From an uncultured Candidatus Rokubacteria bacterium (lineage in GTDB: Bacteria > Methylomirabilota > Methylomirabilia > Rokubacteriales > DASRDR01), in assembly GCA_963826115.1 (NCBI GenBank), contig CAWGVS010000005.1, positions 864,001-928,000 on the forward strand: a stretch of DNA of 64,000 bases. Direction: 5' to 3'. Under the pieces are notes generated by a model that had not been told where the DNA came from, did no database searches, and worked only from the letters and a program-made list of their open reading frames with translations. A program made the translations under genes and the position numbers. Of the stretch, positions 45,185-54,321 are shown in pieces; position 1 is the stretch's first letter, and each line of letters starts with the position of its first letter.

Positions 45185-47224
45185 GTGGAGACGTACGGCG
45201 TCGTCGTCCGGTGGTTGCACGCGGCCGGCGCGGTCACGCTGGTCGGCGCGTTCACGTCCTTCCTGCTGGTCGCGCGGCCGGCCGCGCGCGCCGCCGGCGA
45301 CGCGGGGCACGAGCGCCTGCCGGAGCTCGACCGGCGCATCATGACGCTCGCCCGGATCGCGCTCGCGGTCACGCTGGTCGCCGCCGGGTTGGACCTCTGG
45401 CGCCAGGTGGGCGTGGCCACGGGCGCGGGCCTCCTCGAGAGCCTGGATCCCGGGCGGATCGTGTCCGTCCTCGCCGACACCCGCTACGGGATCGTGTGGC
45501 TCGCGCGGACCGGGCTCCTGCTCCTCCTGGCGGCCTTCCTCCTCCTGGCCGACGAGCGCGGCGAGAGCGACTGGCTCGCGCTCCGCGTCGAGGCTCTCGG
45601 TCTGTCGGCCGCGGCCCTCCTCCTGGGCGCCCTGGCCGGCCATGCCGCCGCGGCCGAGGTGAGCGCGCTCGCCGTGTCGTTCGACGCGCTGCACCTTCTG
45701 GCCACGGGCGTGTGGGCCGGAGGCCTCCTGCCGCTGGCGCTCTGTCTTGCGTGGGCGCGCGGGTTGCCGAGCTCGGCCGCGGCCGCGCGGGCCGCCGAGC
45801 GCTTCTCGAGGCTCGGTCTCGGCGCCGTCTCCGTGCTCGTCGTGACCGGCGGGTTCGCCGTGTGGCAGCAGGTGGGCGGCGTGCCCGCCGCCATCGGTAC
45901 CGTGTACGGGCGCTGGCTTCTGGTGAAGCTCGTCCTCGTGGCGGCCTTGATCCCCATCGCGGCGCGGAATCTCCTCGTCTGGCGGCGTCGCCTCGCCGCA
46001 CCGGGCCCGGAGAGCGCTGCCGCGGCGACCGCGCTCCTCAGGAACGTGTGGCGTGAGGCGGTTCTGGTGGCGGCGATCCTCGGTGTCGTCGCCGTGATGG
46101 GGCTGACGACGCCCGCGCTCCACGACGACGTCGTGTGGCCCCTCTCGTTCCGGTTCGACTGGGCCGCGACGAAGGCTCTCCCCGGCGTCCAGCCGCGCGT
46201 CGCGATCGGCAGCCAGGTCGCGACGCTCGGGCTCGTCGCCCTCCTCCTGGCCCTCCTGATCCGGCCGCGACGGTGGCGTGTCGCCGCGCTCGCGGGCGGG
46301 ATCGCGCTCGCGCTCGGCGCGACGGTCGCGCTCCACCCGCTGGCCGTCGACGCGAACCCCTCGACGTACGTGCGGCCGACGGTGCCGTACGCGGCCGCGT
46401 CGATCGTCCAGGGCCGGGCGATCTACCGGGCGAACTGCGAGGCGTGCCACGGCGTCGCCGGGTTCGGCGACGGCCCGGCGGGGAAGGGCCTGCCGCGCCC
46501 CCCGGCGGACCTCACCGCGCAGCACGCGGCGGACCACACGGCCGGCGATCTCTTCTGGTGGCTGTCCCACGGCATTCCCGGAAGCGGGATGCCCGGGTTC
46601 GCCGACCGGCTGAGCCCCGAGGAACGCTGGGACGCGATCAACTTTGTCCGCGCGCTGGGCGGGGCCGAGCGGTCGCGGGACCTCGGGCCGGTGGCCACCG
46701 CGCGTCCGGCGGTCGTCGCGCCCGACTTCACGTTCACGACCGGGGTCGGCGAGGGGCGGTCGCTTCGAGACTGGCGGGGCAGCGGGGTGGTGCTCCTGGT
46801 CTTCTTCACGCTCCCCGGCTCCGCGGACCGGCTCGCGGAGCTGAACCGGTTGCCGATGACCTTCAAGCTCCGGGGCGGCGAGATCGTGGGCGTCCCGCTC
46901 GGCGACGCGAGCGCAGTGTACCGGGAGCTGGCCGGCCGTTCGGTCTTTTTCCCGCTGGCGGTGGAGGGCGCGGCGGAGGCGGGCGAGACGTACATGCTGT
47001 TCCGGCGGGACCTGACGCCGGACGGTCTCAAGCCCGAGCCGCCGCCGGCGCGCCACATGGAGCTCCTGGTGGACCGGCAGGGCTACCTCCGGGCCCGCTG
47101 GATCCCGCGCGACCTCGGGCGCGAACGGGAGGGATGGGCCGACCTGAACCGTCTCCTCGAGGAAGTGGACCGGCTGTCTCGTGAGGTCCCGGTCGCGCCC
47201 ATCGCGGCCGAGCACGTGCACTGA
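45185..47224 (+). CDS. CopD family copper protein fused to cytochrome c and a thioredoxin-like domain
   Basis: RWLH, LAGHA, LHLLATGVWAGG, RFS, YGRWLLVK (CopD); CEACHG heme motif and GMPGF; APDF..VLLVFF..LVDRQGYLRARW. Confidence 0.88.
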   Translation: METYGVVVRWLHAAGAVTLVGAFTSFLLVARPAARAAGDAGHERLPELDRRIMTLARIALAVTLVAAGLDLWRQVGVATGAGLLESLDPGRIVSVLADTRYGIVWLARTGLLLLLAAFLLLADERGESDWLALRVEALGLSAAALLLGALAGHAAAAEVSALAVSFDALHLLATGVWAGGLLPLALCLAWARGLPSSAAAARAAERFSRLGLGAVSVLVVTGGFAVWQQVGGVPAAIGTVYGRWLLVKLVLVAALIPIAARNLLVWRRRLAAPGPESAAAATALLRNVWREAVLVAAILGVVAVMGLTTPALHDDVVWPLSFRFDWAATKALPGVQPRVAIGSQVATLGLVALLLALLIRPRRWRVAALAGGIALALGATVALHPLAVDANPSTYVRPTVPYAAASIVQGRAIYRANCEACHGVAGFGDGPAGKGLPRPPADLTAQHAADHTAGDLFWWLSHGIPGSGMPGFADRLSPEERWDAINFVRALGGAERSRDLGPVATARPAVVAPDFTFTTGVGEGRSLRDWRGSGVVLLVFFTLPGSADRLAELNRLPMTFKLRGGEIVGVPLGDASAVYRELAGRSVFFPLAVEGAAEAGETYMLFRRDLTPDGLKPEPPPARHMELLVDRQGYLRARWIPRDLGREREGWADLNRLLEEVDRLSREVPVAPIAAEHVH

Positions 47225-47264
47225 TCGACATGCGCCGGTCGATCGGGCATGCTCCCCTCGGACC

Positions 47265-47642
47265 ATGATGCGGCTCTGGAAGGTCGTCGTCCTCGTGAAC
47301 CTGGCGCTGGCCCTGGGGATCGGTCTCGGCTACCTCCGGTGGACGCGCGAGGTGCGCGGCCTTCGCGACGAGATCGAACGGCTCCGCGCCGAGGCGGCCC
47401 GCCCGGGCCCGCAGTCGTGGACGGTCCGGGGCATCGTGCGGTCCGTCATCCCGAAGCTGGGCGCGATCTTCCTCACCCACGAGGCCCTACCCGGTCTCAT
47501 GGACGCGATGACGATGGGTTTCGAGGCCGAGGATCCCAAGCTGCTCGACGGTCTCGCGCCCGGCGACTTCGTGCGCTTCACCGTGCGCCGGGACGGAGAG
47601 AAGCTGGTCCTGGTCATGATCGAGAAGGCGCGGACGCCGTGA
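47265..47642 (+). CDS. CusF-like copper-binding protein
   Basis: N-terminal TM; LTHEALPGLMDAMTMGF and LAPGDFVRFT. Confidence 0.85.
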   Translation: MMRLWKVVVLVNLALALGIGLGYLRWTREVRGLRDEIERLRAEAARPGPQSWTVRGIVRSVIPKLGAIFLTHEALPGLMDAMTMGFEAEDPKLLDGLAPGDFVRFTVRRDGEKLVLVMIEKARTP

Positions 47643-48052
47643 CGGCCCGCTTCTGGGCGGCCGGGCTCGCGCTCGCCGGGGTGGCCGCGGCGGGGGGCGC
47701 GCCGGCCTGGGCGATCCACACCTCGACGGACACGCCGCTCGCGATCGCCCCCGAGGACGTCCAGCGCTACCGGGAGGGGGGCGAGGAGGTCGTCGTGTTC
47801 GACCTGCGCCCGGCGGCCGCGTTCCTGAAGGGTCACCTGCCCCGGGCGCGGTCCTTGCCCCTGGGCGAGATGAAGCGTCGCGAGGCGGAGGTCCCGAGGA
47901 GCGGCCGCGTGGTGCTCTACGCGGGGACGCCCGAGGAGGCCGCGGCGGCCTACCAGCTCCTGCGCGAGGCGGGGCACCGGAACGTCATGGTGCTGGCGGG
48001 CGGGCTGCCGGCCTGGGTGCGGCTCGGCTACCCGATGGAGACCGGGCCGTGA
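47639..48052 (+). CDS. Exported rhodanese-like domain protein lacking the catalytic Cys
   Basis: FDLRP, GHLPRA, VVLYAG, LAGGLPAW; GTG overlaps upstream TGA. Confidence 0.85.
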   Translation: MTARFWAAGLALAGVAAAGGAPAWAIHTSTDTPLAIAPEDVQRYREGGEEVVVFDLRPAAAFLKGHLPRARSLPLGEMKRREAEVPRSGRVVLYAGTPEEAAAAYQLLREAGHRNVMVLAGGLPAWVRLGYPMETGP

Positions 48053-48411
48053 GCGGCGCGCGCGTCCGGCGCTGGACCGCGAGCGTCGCGGCGGCGGCGA
48101 CGCTTGGCCTCGCGGCGGGGGCGGCCGGCCAGGCGCCGGCGGGCGCCGTTCAGGAGCAGCTGCTCCTCGACAACGACACGGTGCGCGTGGCGTTCCTCGT
48201 ATTCCCTCCCGGCGCGGCGTCGGGCGAGCACGTCGGCCTCGACCCGGAGCTCGGCATCGTGCTCGAGGGCGAGCTGACGCTGATCACGGCCGCCGGTCGC
48301 GAGGTGCTGGGCCCGGGCGCGGTGCGGTGGCTGCCGGCGCTCGAGCCGCACGACGCGCGGAACGAAGGGACCGTGCCGCTCAAGCTCTGGGTCGTCCTGG
48401 TCAGGAAGTAG
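48049..48411 (+). CDS. Exported cupin domain protein
   Basis: Signal peptide; PPGAASGEH, IVLEGEL, PHDARNEG. Confidence 0.85.
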   Translation: MSGARVRRWTASVAAAATLGLAAGAAGQAPAGAVQEQLLLDNDTVRVAFLVFPPGAASGEHVGLDPELGIVLEGELTLITAAGREVLGPGAVRWLPALEPHDARNEGTVPLKLWVVLVRK

Positions 48412-48425
48412 CACGGGCCCGTCCG

Positions 48426-48896
48426 TCAGCGCCCGCGGGTGTTCCAGGCCCGCGTGATCAAGTGGTCGACCGAGATGGCGCCGGGCCCCCGCGTCAGCAG
48501 GAACAGGAGGATCGACCCCCAGACCAGGTGCTCGGACCACGCGCTCGGGTACACGAAGAGCTGGATCGTCGCGATCATCCCGAGGAGCGGCAAGGTCGCC
48601 AGGCGCGTCGCCAGCCCGAGGATCAGGAGGGTCGAGCAGGTCAGCTCGAAGCTCGTGGCCATCAGGGCCGCGATCTCCGGCGGGAACCCCGGCAGGCGGT
48701 ACTCGTCCCGGAAGAGGCCGAGCGTCGACTCCCAGCTGGACGCCTTGAGGAGCCCGGCCTTGAGGAACACGCTGGCGACGCCCAGCCGGAACAGGAGCTG
48801 GTGGAGCGAGAGCGGCACGCGGGCCAGTCGATCGAGCCAGCCCGCCACCCCGGGTCGGTGGTCGGTCACGGCGGCCTCGTACGTGGCAGTCATCAT
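48426..48896 (-). CDS. DoxX family membrane protein (BufD-like)
   Basis: LFRLGVASVFLKAG, LFRDEY, ELTCSTLLILGLATR, IQLFVYP..WSEH, GPGAISVD. Confidence 0.9.
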   Translation of the reverse strand: MMTATYEAAVTDHRPGVAGWLDRLARVPLSLHQLLFRLGVASVFLKAGLLKASSWESTLGLFRDEYRLPGFPPEIAALMATSFELTCSTLLILGLATRLATLPLLGMIATIQLFVYPSAWSEHLVWGSILLFLLTRGPGAISVDHLITRAWNTRGR

Positions 48897-49708
48897 CGGG
48901 AGCCTCCTTCCTCCATGGCCTCGGCGGCCCGAGCGGGATGCGGTGCGACGGTGAATCCCGTGATCAGCGCCTCGTCGAGCAGGGCCCGGAGCGCCGCCGG
49001 GAGGTCGAACACGGGGTTCTGGGCCATCGCGCGGGCGGCGACCGCCTCCAGCGTCTCGCCGCCGCCCAGCCCGGACCGGAACGCGTGCTCGGCCGGCTCG
49101 AGGCGGCGCATCGTCGCGACGTCGTCCTGACGGCGAATCTCGAGCCGCGTCGCTCCGGCGGCGACATCGACCACGCCGTCGGCGTCCGGCTGGTTCGCGT
49201 GCCAGATGCGGTCCACCGGCCAGGGCGAGGCAAGCCACGCGGCCGCGGGATCCAGCCGGAAGACCAGGCGATCCACGTCGTCCGCGGCCACGACGCCGAG
49301 GGCCGCCGGCGAGATCGGGACGGCCTCGTCCGCGTGGAGCGCGACGTTCATCGCCCATTCGAGCCGCGCGACGTCGGCGAGGTACGGGTCGTCTGCGCAC
49401 GGCGGGAAGCTCGCGAGGAAGTCCGGGAACGTGGCGCCGTACTCGAAGAGGCACGGCCCCGCTGGCGGGTGGCTCCGGATGAACCGGTCCGCGGCGAAGC
49501 CGAAAAAGCGGCGGTCCACGAGCCGGCAGACCACCGGGAACGTCGCCTCGAGCGCCTCCGTCAGGCTCGAGAACACGTGGTTCCAGTAGATCTGCACGCG
49601 GGCGGCCGGCGCGAGCCCGTCGCCGACGACGGCGCTCGCCACCTCGCGGGCGTCCTCCCGCCAGATCGACCGCGCGAAGCCCGCCTGGAGCTCAGGCAGC
49701 GTGGGCAT
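48893..49708 (-). CDS. DUF2063 family MNIO partner protein (BufC-like)
   Basis: LQAGFA, VQIYWN, FPVVCRLV, YGATFPDF, YLADVARLEWA. Confidence 0.88.
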   Translation of the reverse strand: MPTLPELQAGFARSIWREDAREVASAVVGDGLAPAARVQIYWNHVFSSLTEALEATFPVVCRLVDRRFFGFAADRFIRSHPPAGPCLFEYGATFPDFLASFPPCADDPYLADVARLEWAMNVALHADEAVPISPAALGVVAADDVDRLVFRLDPAAAWLASPWPVDRIWHANQPDADGVVDVAAGATRLEIRRQDDVATMRRLEPAEHAFRSGLGGGETLEAVAARAMAQNPVFDLPAALRALLDEALITGFTVAPHPARAAEAMEEGGSR

Positions 49709-50552
49709 CGCGCGTCGCGTGGAGGAGCCGGGCGTCGGCTTGCCGGGCCTCTCCCATCAGGGTGTCGAGCGGCGGAATGGCGGTGTCCCACTCGACGAGG
49801 GTCGGGCGCGGGCCGAAGCGGCGGAGCGCCTCCTCGTAGAGTGCCCACACCGCCGGGCTGACCGGCGAGCCGTGGTCGTCGATCAGGATCGGCCGGCCGT
49901 CCGTCTCGTTCACGGAGTGGCCGGCGACGTGGATCTCCCCCACCGCGCCGGCGGGGAGCGCGGCCAGGTACGCGCGGGCGTCGAGGCCGAGGTTCTCCGC
50001 CGTGACGTGGATGTTGTTCACGTCGCAGAGGAGGCCGCAGCCCGTCCGGCCGGCGAGGGCCGCCAGGAACTCGGGCTCCGGGATCGTCGAGCCGGCGAAC
50101 CGGAGGTAGCCGGATGGATTCTCGACGAGGATCCGGCGGCCGAGGGCCGTCTGGATCTCGTCCACGTTCCGGCATACCGCGTCGAGCGACTCCTCTGTGT
50201 ACGGCAGCGGGAGGAGATGGTTCAGGTAGGCGCCGCCCGCCTGGCTCCACGCCAGGTGCTCCGACACCATGGCCGGCTCGAAGCGGTCCACGAGACCCTT
50301 CAGCCGGCCGAGGTGGCGGCGGTCCACTCCGGCGGCGCTCCCGACCGACAGACCGACCGCGTGGAACGACAGCGGGTACTCGCCGCGGATCGCCTCGAGC
50401 GACCGGACCGCGGGGCCGCCGCCGAGGTAGTTCTCCGGATGGACCTCGACCCAGGACAGCGCGGGACGGGTGGCCTGGACCTCGGCGACGTGCGGGCTCC
50501 GGAGCCCGATTCCGGCCCGCGCCGGAAGCCCCTGCCCGCCGTTCAAGGTCAC
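49692..50552 (-). CDS. DUF692 multinuclear non-heme iron oxidative enzyme (BufB-like)
   Basis: GIGLRSPH, EVHPENY, HAVGLS, SEHLAW, ENPS, CDVNN, EIHVAGH, IDDHG, LVEWD. Confidence 0.95.
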   Translation of the reverse strand: MTLNGGQGLPARAGIGLRSPHVAEVQATRPALSWVEVHPENYLGGGPAVRSLEAIRGEYPLSFHAVGLSVGSAAGVDRRHLGRLKGLVDRFEPAMVSEHLAWSQAGGAYLNHLLPLPYTEESLDAVCRNVDEIQTALGRRILVENPSGYLRFAGSTIPEPEFLAALAGRTGCGLLCDVNNIHVTAENLGLDARAYLAALPAGAVGEIHVAGHSVNETDGRPILIDDHGSPVSPAVWALYEEALRRFGPRPTLVEWDTAIPPLDTLMGEARQADARLLHATRDAHAA

Positions 50553-50862
50553 GCCACCCGTCCTCGCCGCCTGGAAGGGCTGGTTAGGCGCGGGGCTGCA
50601 TGCTGCCGTTGACGAGCCGCGCGCAGGTGCCCTTCGGGACGTACACCCAGGCGTCCTTCTGGCCGTCCCGCTTGGACGTTCCCGCGCACGAGGAGTTCGC
50701 GGTCTGGCAGTCGTTCTTGGCGGCCTTCGCGATGCCGAAGCACTTCTCGGCCTCGAACTTCGGGGCCGGGGCCGGCTGGGCGCCGGTGATGGCGGGCACC
50801 GCGATCGCGGCGGCGATGGCGGAGGCGAGGAAGAGTCGCGTGTTCATCGGGTCATCTCCTTC
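50467..50862. repeat. ~395-bp direct repeat, copy A (precursor gene plus 5' end of DUF692)
   Basis: Closely matches 53941-54336 at an offset of 3474 bp. Confidence 0.9.
50584..50847 (-). CDS. DUF2282 family bufferin-type precursor (copy 1)
   Basis: Signal peptide; [27 protein letters not shown] four-Cys pattern; AAGGAG RBS. Confidence 0.92.
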   Translation of the reverse strand: MNTRLFLASAIAAAIAVPAITGAQPAPAPKFEAEKCFGIAKAAKNDCQTANSSCAGTSKRDGQKDAWVYVPKGTCARLVNGSMQPRA

Positions 50863-51083
50863 CGACGGCTAAGGGTTGTGTGTGCTCCGCTCCCCGGTCC
50901 GGTGGCCGCGGCGGCACGCGCCGGCTCCCCGGACTGGCGAGCCACCTTCTTTGACACGCGGACCAGCCCTCCCGGTTCGCGCCCCGGGAGAGCGTAGCGG
51001 GGTTCCGGCGGGGAGCCGGACGGGCTGGGCCGGCCGATGGCCCGACCAGGGGTCGCGCCAGGATCGTGCAAGCGTCGCGATCG

Positions 51084-51761
51084 CTACGCCGCAAACCGGT
51101 ACCCCTGACCGTGCACGGTCAGGATGTGCTCGGGCCGCTCGGGGTCGCGCTCGAACTTCTGGCGCAGCCGGAGAACGTGGGTGTCCACCGTCCGCGTCGT
51201 GGGGAAGCGCTCGTACCCCCAGACCTCGTCGAGCAGACGCTCGCGGGTGAGGATCTCCCCCGGATGCTCGACCAGATAGCGCAGCAGGTCGAACTCCTTG
51301 CGCGTGAGCCGGACCTCGCTCCCGGCGCGGAAGGCCTGGCGCGCCCGCAGGTGGACCCGGATGTCCGAGAACTGGAAGACGTCCATGCGCTGCCGCGGGC
51401 CGGGCCGCCGGAGGACCGCGCGGACTCGCGCGAGGAGCTCGCGCAGCGAGAACGGCTTCGTGATGTAGTCGTCCGCCCCCAGCTCGAGCCCCAGGACGCG
51501 GTCCGCCTCCTCCCCGCGCGCCGTGAGCATCACGACCGGGATGTCGATTCCCTTCCGGCGGAGCGCGCGGAGGACGTCCCAGCCGCTCGAGCCCGGCATG
51601 GCGACGTCGAGAAGGATGAGGTCCGGCCCCTCGCGGAACGCGAGGTCGAGGCCCTCCTGTCCGGACACCGCGGCCAGAGTCTGGTAGCCCTCGAACCGGA
51701 GGTTGTCCTCGAGCCCCCGCACCATCGCGGGCTCGTCGTCGACGATCAGGATGCGCGGCAT
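51084..51761 (-). CDS. OmpR/PhoB family response regulator
   Basis: ILIVDDE, LLDVAMP, MLTA, GADDYITKPF, LTRKEFDLL, TRTVDTHV. Confidence 0.96.
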   Translation of the reverse strand: MPRILIVDDEPAMVRGLEDNLRFEGYQTLAAVSGQEGLDLAFREGPDLILLDVAMPGSSGWDVLRALRRKGIDIPVVMLTARGEEADRVLGLELGADDYITKPFSLRELLARVRAVLRRPGPRQRMDVFQFSDIRVHLRARQAFRAGSEVRLTRKEFDLLRYLVEHPGEILTRERLLDEVWGYERFPTTRTVDTHVLRLRQKFERDPERPEHILTVHGQGYRFAA

Positions 51762-51771
51762 GAGGAGGCGT

Positions 51772-53310
51772 TCAATGCGGTCGGGCCGCCGGCGGGGGGC
51801 CGGGAAGCCAGAGCGTGAAGCGGCTCCCTCCGCCCGGCTGGCTGTCCACGCTGACCCGCCCTCCGTGCGCGTGCGCCACGTGCCGGACCAGCGCGAGCCC
51901 GACCCCGCTCCCGCGCCGGCCCTGGGTCTCGCTCCGCCCCACGCGGTAGAACTTGTCGAAGATCCGCCCATGCTCCTCCCCGGGGATGCCGATACCCTCG
52001 TCGCCCACGGTGATCGCGACGCCGCCGTCCCGCGGGGCCGCCTCCACCGTGAGGACCTTCCGCGTCGCGGAGTACTTGATCGCGTTGTCGATCAGGTTCG
52101 CGAGCGCCTGGCCGACGGCGTCGACGTCGATCGGCACCTCGGGCAGGTCGGGCTGGATCGCCACGTCCACCTTGAACCCCTGCCGGGCCAGGACGTAGGC
52201 GAAGCTCTCGACCGTGTCCCGGACGAGGGCCTCCACGCTCGCCGGCACCAGGTCGTAGGTGCGCCGGCCGCCCTCGATGCGCGAGAAGTCGAGGACGTTC
52301 TCGATGAGCCGGGACAGCCGCTCGCTCTCGCGGGTGATGACCTGGTAGTACTCGTGGCGCGTCTTCTCGTCGCTCACGCGTCCCATCTCGAGCGTCTCGC
52401 CGAATACCCGGATCAGGGCGAGCGGCGTCTTGAGGTCGTGCGAGACGTTGGCGACGAACTCGGCCTTGAGGCGCGCCGTCTCGGTCTCGCGCCGGACCAG
52501 CCGGTACGTCGCGAGCACGCCGATGGCGATCACCACCAGGAGGAGACCGAATGCGAGGCTGAAGAGCACCACCTGACGATCGATGGCCGCCTGCGGGGAG
52601 ACCCCCGCCGGCTGGTCGAGGGCGAGCCGCCACGCGGGCAGCGCCTCGCTGAGCGGCACCGCCACGACGGCCTCCGCCGGCCCGGCGCCCGCCCGCCGGA
52701 AGACCGGCTGGTCGCGATGGTCGGTGACCGTGAGGAGCGGCACCTCGGGCCCGCCCAGGGCCGGCTCGAGGACGTCCCGCCGGATGACGGTCGGGTCGAG
52801 CACCATCAGGGCGAGGAAGGCCGGGTTGCCCCCGCGGCGGACCAGGCAACCCACCACCAGGTCGTCACCGACGACCCGGTGCGCCTTGCCGCCCTCCCGC
52901 CACACGGACCGCCCGAGGTCGTCGAGCGGCCCCTCGAGGGCCAGCCCCGCCGGCGCCCCGCCGCTCGGGTAGACGGCGCGGCCGGCCCGGTCGAAGAGGG
53001 CGAGCCGGGCGATGAGTGGGGTGTCCGCCAGCAGGGCGTCCACCGCGTCGGCGGCAATGGCGCCGCTTCGCGCCGCCGCCTCGAGGCGCCCCATGACCGC
53101 GTACTCCGCGCTGCGGAGCCTCAGGTCGACCTTCTCCGCGACCATGATGGCCATGCTCCGGGACTGCTCCCGGAAGAGCTCGTCGGCGGACCGGCGCCAC
53201 TGGCGGAGCGAGTGGTAGCCGAGAACGGCCAGGACCACGGCGGGCACCCCGATGGCGACGAGCGCGAAGGCCGTGAAGCGGACCCAGGGCGAGCCGCGCC
53301 CTCCCATCAT
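51772..53310 (-). CDS. Membrane sensor histidine kinase
   Basis: Two TM segments, NVSHDLKTPL H-box, NLIDNAIKYS, DEGIGI, GSGVGL; ATG overlaps the upstream TGA. Confidence 0.95.
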   Translation of the reverse strand: MMGGRGSPWVRFTAFALVAIGVPAVVLAVLGYHSLRQWRRSADELFREQSRSMAIMVAEKVDLRLRSAEYAVMGRLEAAARSGAIAADAVDALLADTPLIARLALFDRAGRAVYPSGGAPAGLALEGPLDDLGRSVWREGGKAHRVVGDDLVVGCLVRRGGNPAFLALMVLDPTVIRRDVLEPALGGPEVPLLTVTDHRDQPVFRRAGAGPAEAVVAVPLSEALPAWRLALDQPAGVSPQAAIDRQVVLFSLAFGLLLVVIAIGVLATYRLVRRETETARLKAEFVANVSHDLKTPLALIRVFGETLEMGRVSDEKTRHEYYQVITRESERLSRLIENVLDFSRIEGGRRTYDLVPASVEALVRDTVESFAYVLARQGFKVDVAIQPDLPEVPIDVDAVGQALANLIDNAIKYSATRKVLTVEAAPRDGGVAITVGDEGIGIPGEEHGRIFDKFYRVGRSETQGRRGSGVGLALVRHVAHAHGGRVSVDSQPGGGSRFTLWLPGPPPAARPH

Positions 53311-53858
53311 CCCCGCTCGTCGAGGAGCCGGCGGATCATCGCCTCCGTCTCGGTGTAGGCCCCTTCCCCGATGTGCGTGTGGCGGATCACTCCACGGCGG
53401 TCCACGAGGACCGTGGTCGGCCACGCCCACGTCCGAAAGCGCTTCCAGATCGCGAAGTCGTTGTCCTGGACGACGGGATAGCGGATGCCGAGCTCCCGGA
53501 CGGCGCCTGCCACGCGGTCATGCGAGCGCTCCCAGAGGAACTCCGGGGAGTGGACGCCGACGATCGTGAGCCCCGACTCGCCGTACCGCTCGTGCCAGCC
53601 CCGCAACTGCGGGATCACGTTCTTGCAGTTGATTCAGCCGTAGGTCCAGAACTCGACCAGGACCACGCGCCCGCGGAGACTGCCGAGCGACAGTGGCTCG
53701 CTGTTGATCCAGGGACCGCCGGCGATCTCCGGCGCGGGCTGGCCGATCCCGGCCCCCCGCTGGCCGTCGGCGTGGGACGGCCAGAGAGCCCCCGCCGTGA
53801 TCGCCGCCACGAGCGCGACCAGCCCGATGGCCCAGCTGAGAGCCGCTCCTCGTTGCAT
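53307..53858 (-). CDS. Exported DipZ/TlpA-like thioredoxin (redoxin), probable selenoprotein with U-x-x-C; in-frame TGA 53634-53636 = Sec75
   Basis: GAGGTG RBS, ATG 53858, signal/TM. Reads WINSEPLS..LVEFWTYG-TGA-INCKNVIPQL..GVHSPEF..YPVVQDN..WPT..HIGEG; the two ORF-track fragments are in frame. Confidence 0.9.
53600..53613 (-). promoter_or_regulatory. Candidate SECIS hairpin of the thioredoxin
   Basis: CCCGC-AGTT-GCGGG starting 20 nt after the TGA. Confidence 0.5.
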
Positions 53859-53879
53859 CGTCGACACCTCTCGGATGCG

Positions 53880-53925
53880 AGTGTACCGAGGGGCCACGCC
53901 CGCGATGTCACGACGGTGTGAGATC
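53880..53925 (-). promoter_or_regulatory. Promoter/operator of the thioredoxin-kinase-regulator operon
   Basis: GATCTCACACCGTCGTGACA box then TACACT -10; box is 17/20 identical to 54408-54427. Confidence 0.6.
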
Positions 53926-53940
53926 CGCCCCGGCGCCCAA

Positions 53941-54026
53941 CGGGTGGCGCGAGCCTCGGTGACGCGCGGGCCGGGGAGCCCGATCCCGGCCCGCGCCGGA
54001 AGCCCCTGCCCGCCGTTCAAGGTCAC
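53941..54026 (-). pseudogene. Truncated 5' remnant of the DUF692 gene
   Basis: MTLNGGQGLPARAGIGL identical to the intact DUF692 start; similarity ends after ~29 codons. Confidence 0.8.
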
Positions 54027-54057
54027 GCCACCCGTCCACGCCGCCTGGACGGACCGC

Positions 54058-54321
54058 CTACGCGCGCGGCTGCATACTGCCGTTGACGATCCGGTCGCAG
54101 GTGCCCTTCGGGACGTACACCCAGGCGTCCTTCTGGCCGTCCCGCTTGGACGTCCCCGCGCACGAGGAGTTTGCGGTCTGGCAGTCGTTCTTGGCGGCCT
54201 TCGCGACGCCGTAGCACTTCTCGGCCTCGAACTTCGGGGCCGGGGCCGGCTGGGCGCCGGTGATGGCGGGGACCGCGATCGCCGCGGCGATGGCGGAGGC
54301 GAGGAAGAGTCGCGTGTTCAT
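54058..54321 (-). CDS. DUF2282 family bufferin-type precursor (copy 2)
   Basis: 83/87 aa identical to copy 1; AAGGAGG RBS. Confidence 0.92.
   Translation of the reverse strand: MNTRLFLASAIAAAIAVPAITGAQPAPAPKFEAEKCYGVAKAAKNDCQTANSSCAGTSKRDGQKDAWVYVPKGTCDRIVNGSMQPRA

Noticed and set aside
50948-51006. ECF sigma promoter (GAACC...GTCAAA) upstream of precursor copy 1
   Set aside because: Spacing is longer than consensus and no ECF sigma gene is nearby; too weak to call.
53634-54026. In-frame fusion of the DUF692 remnant to the thioredoxin
   Set aside because: The internal ATG 53858 has its own RBS, signal peptide, -10 and operator box, so the fusion frame is probably incidental.
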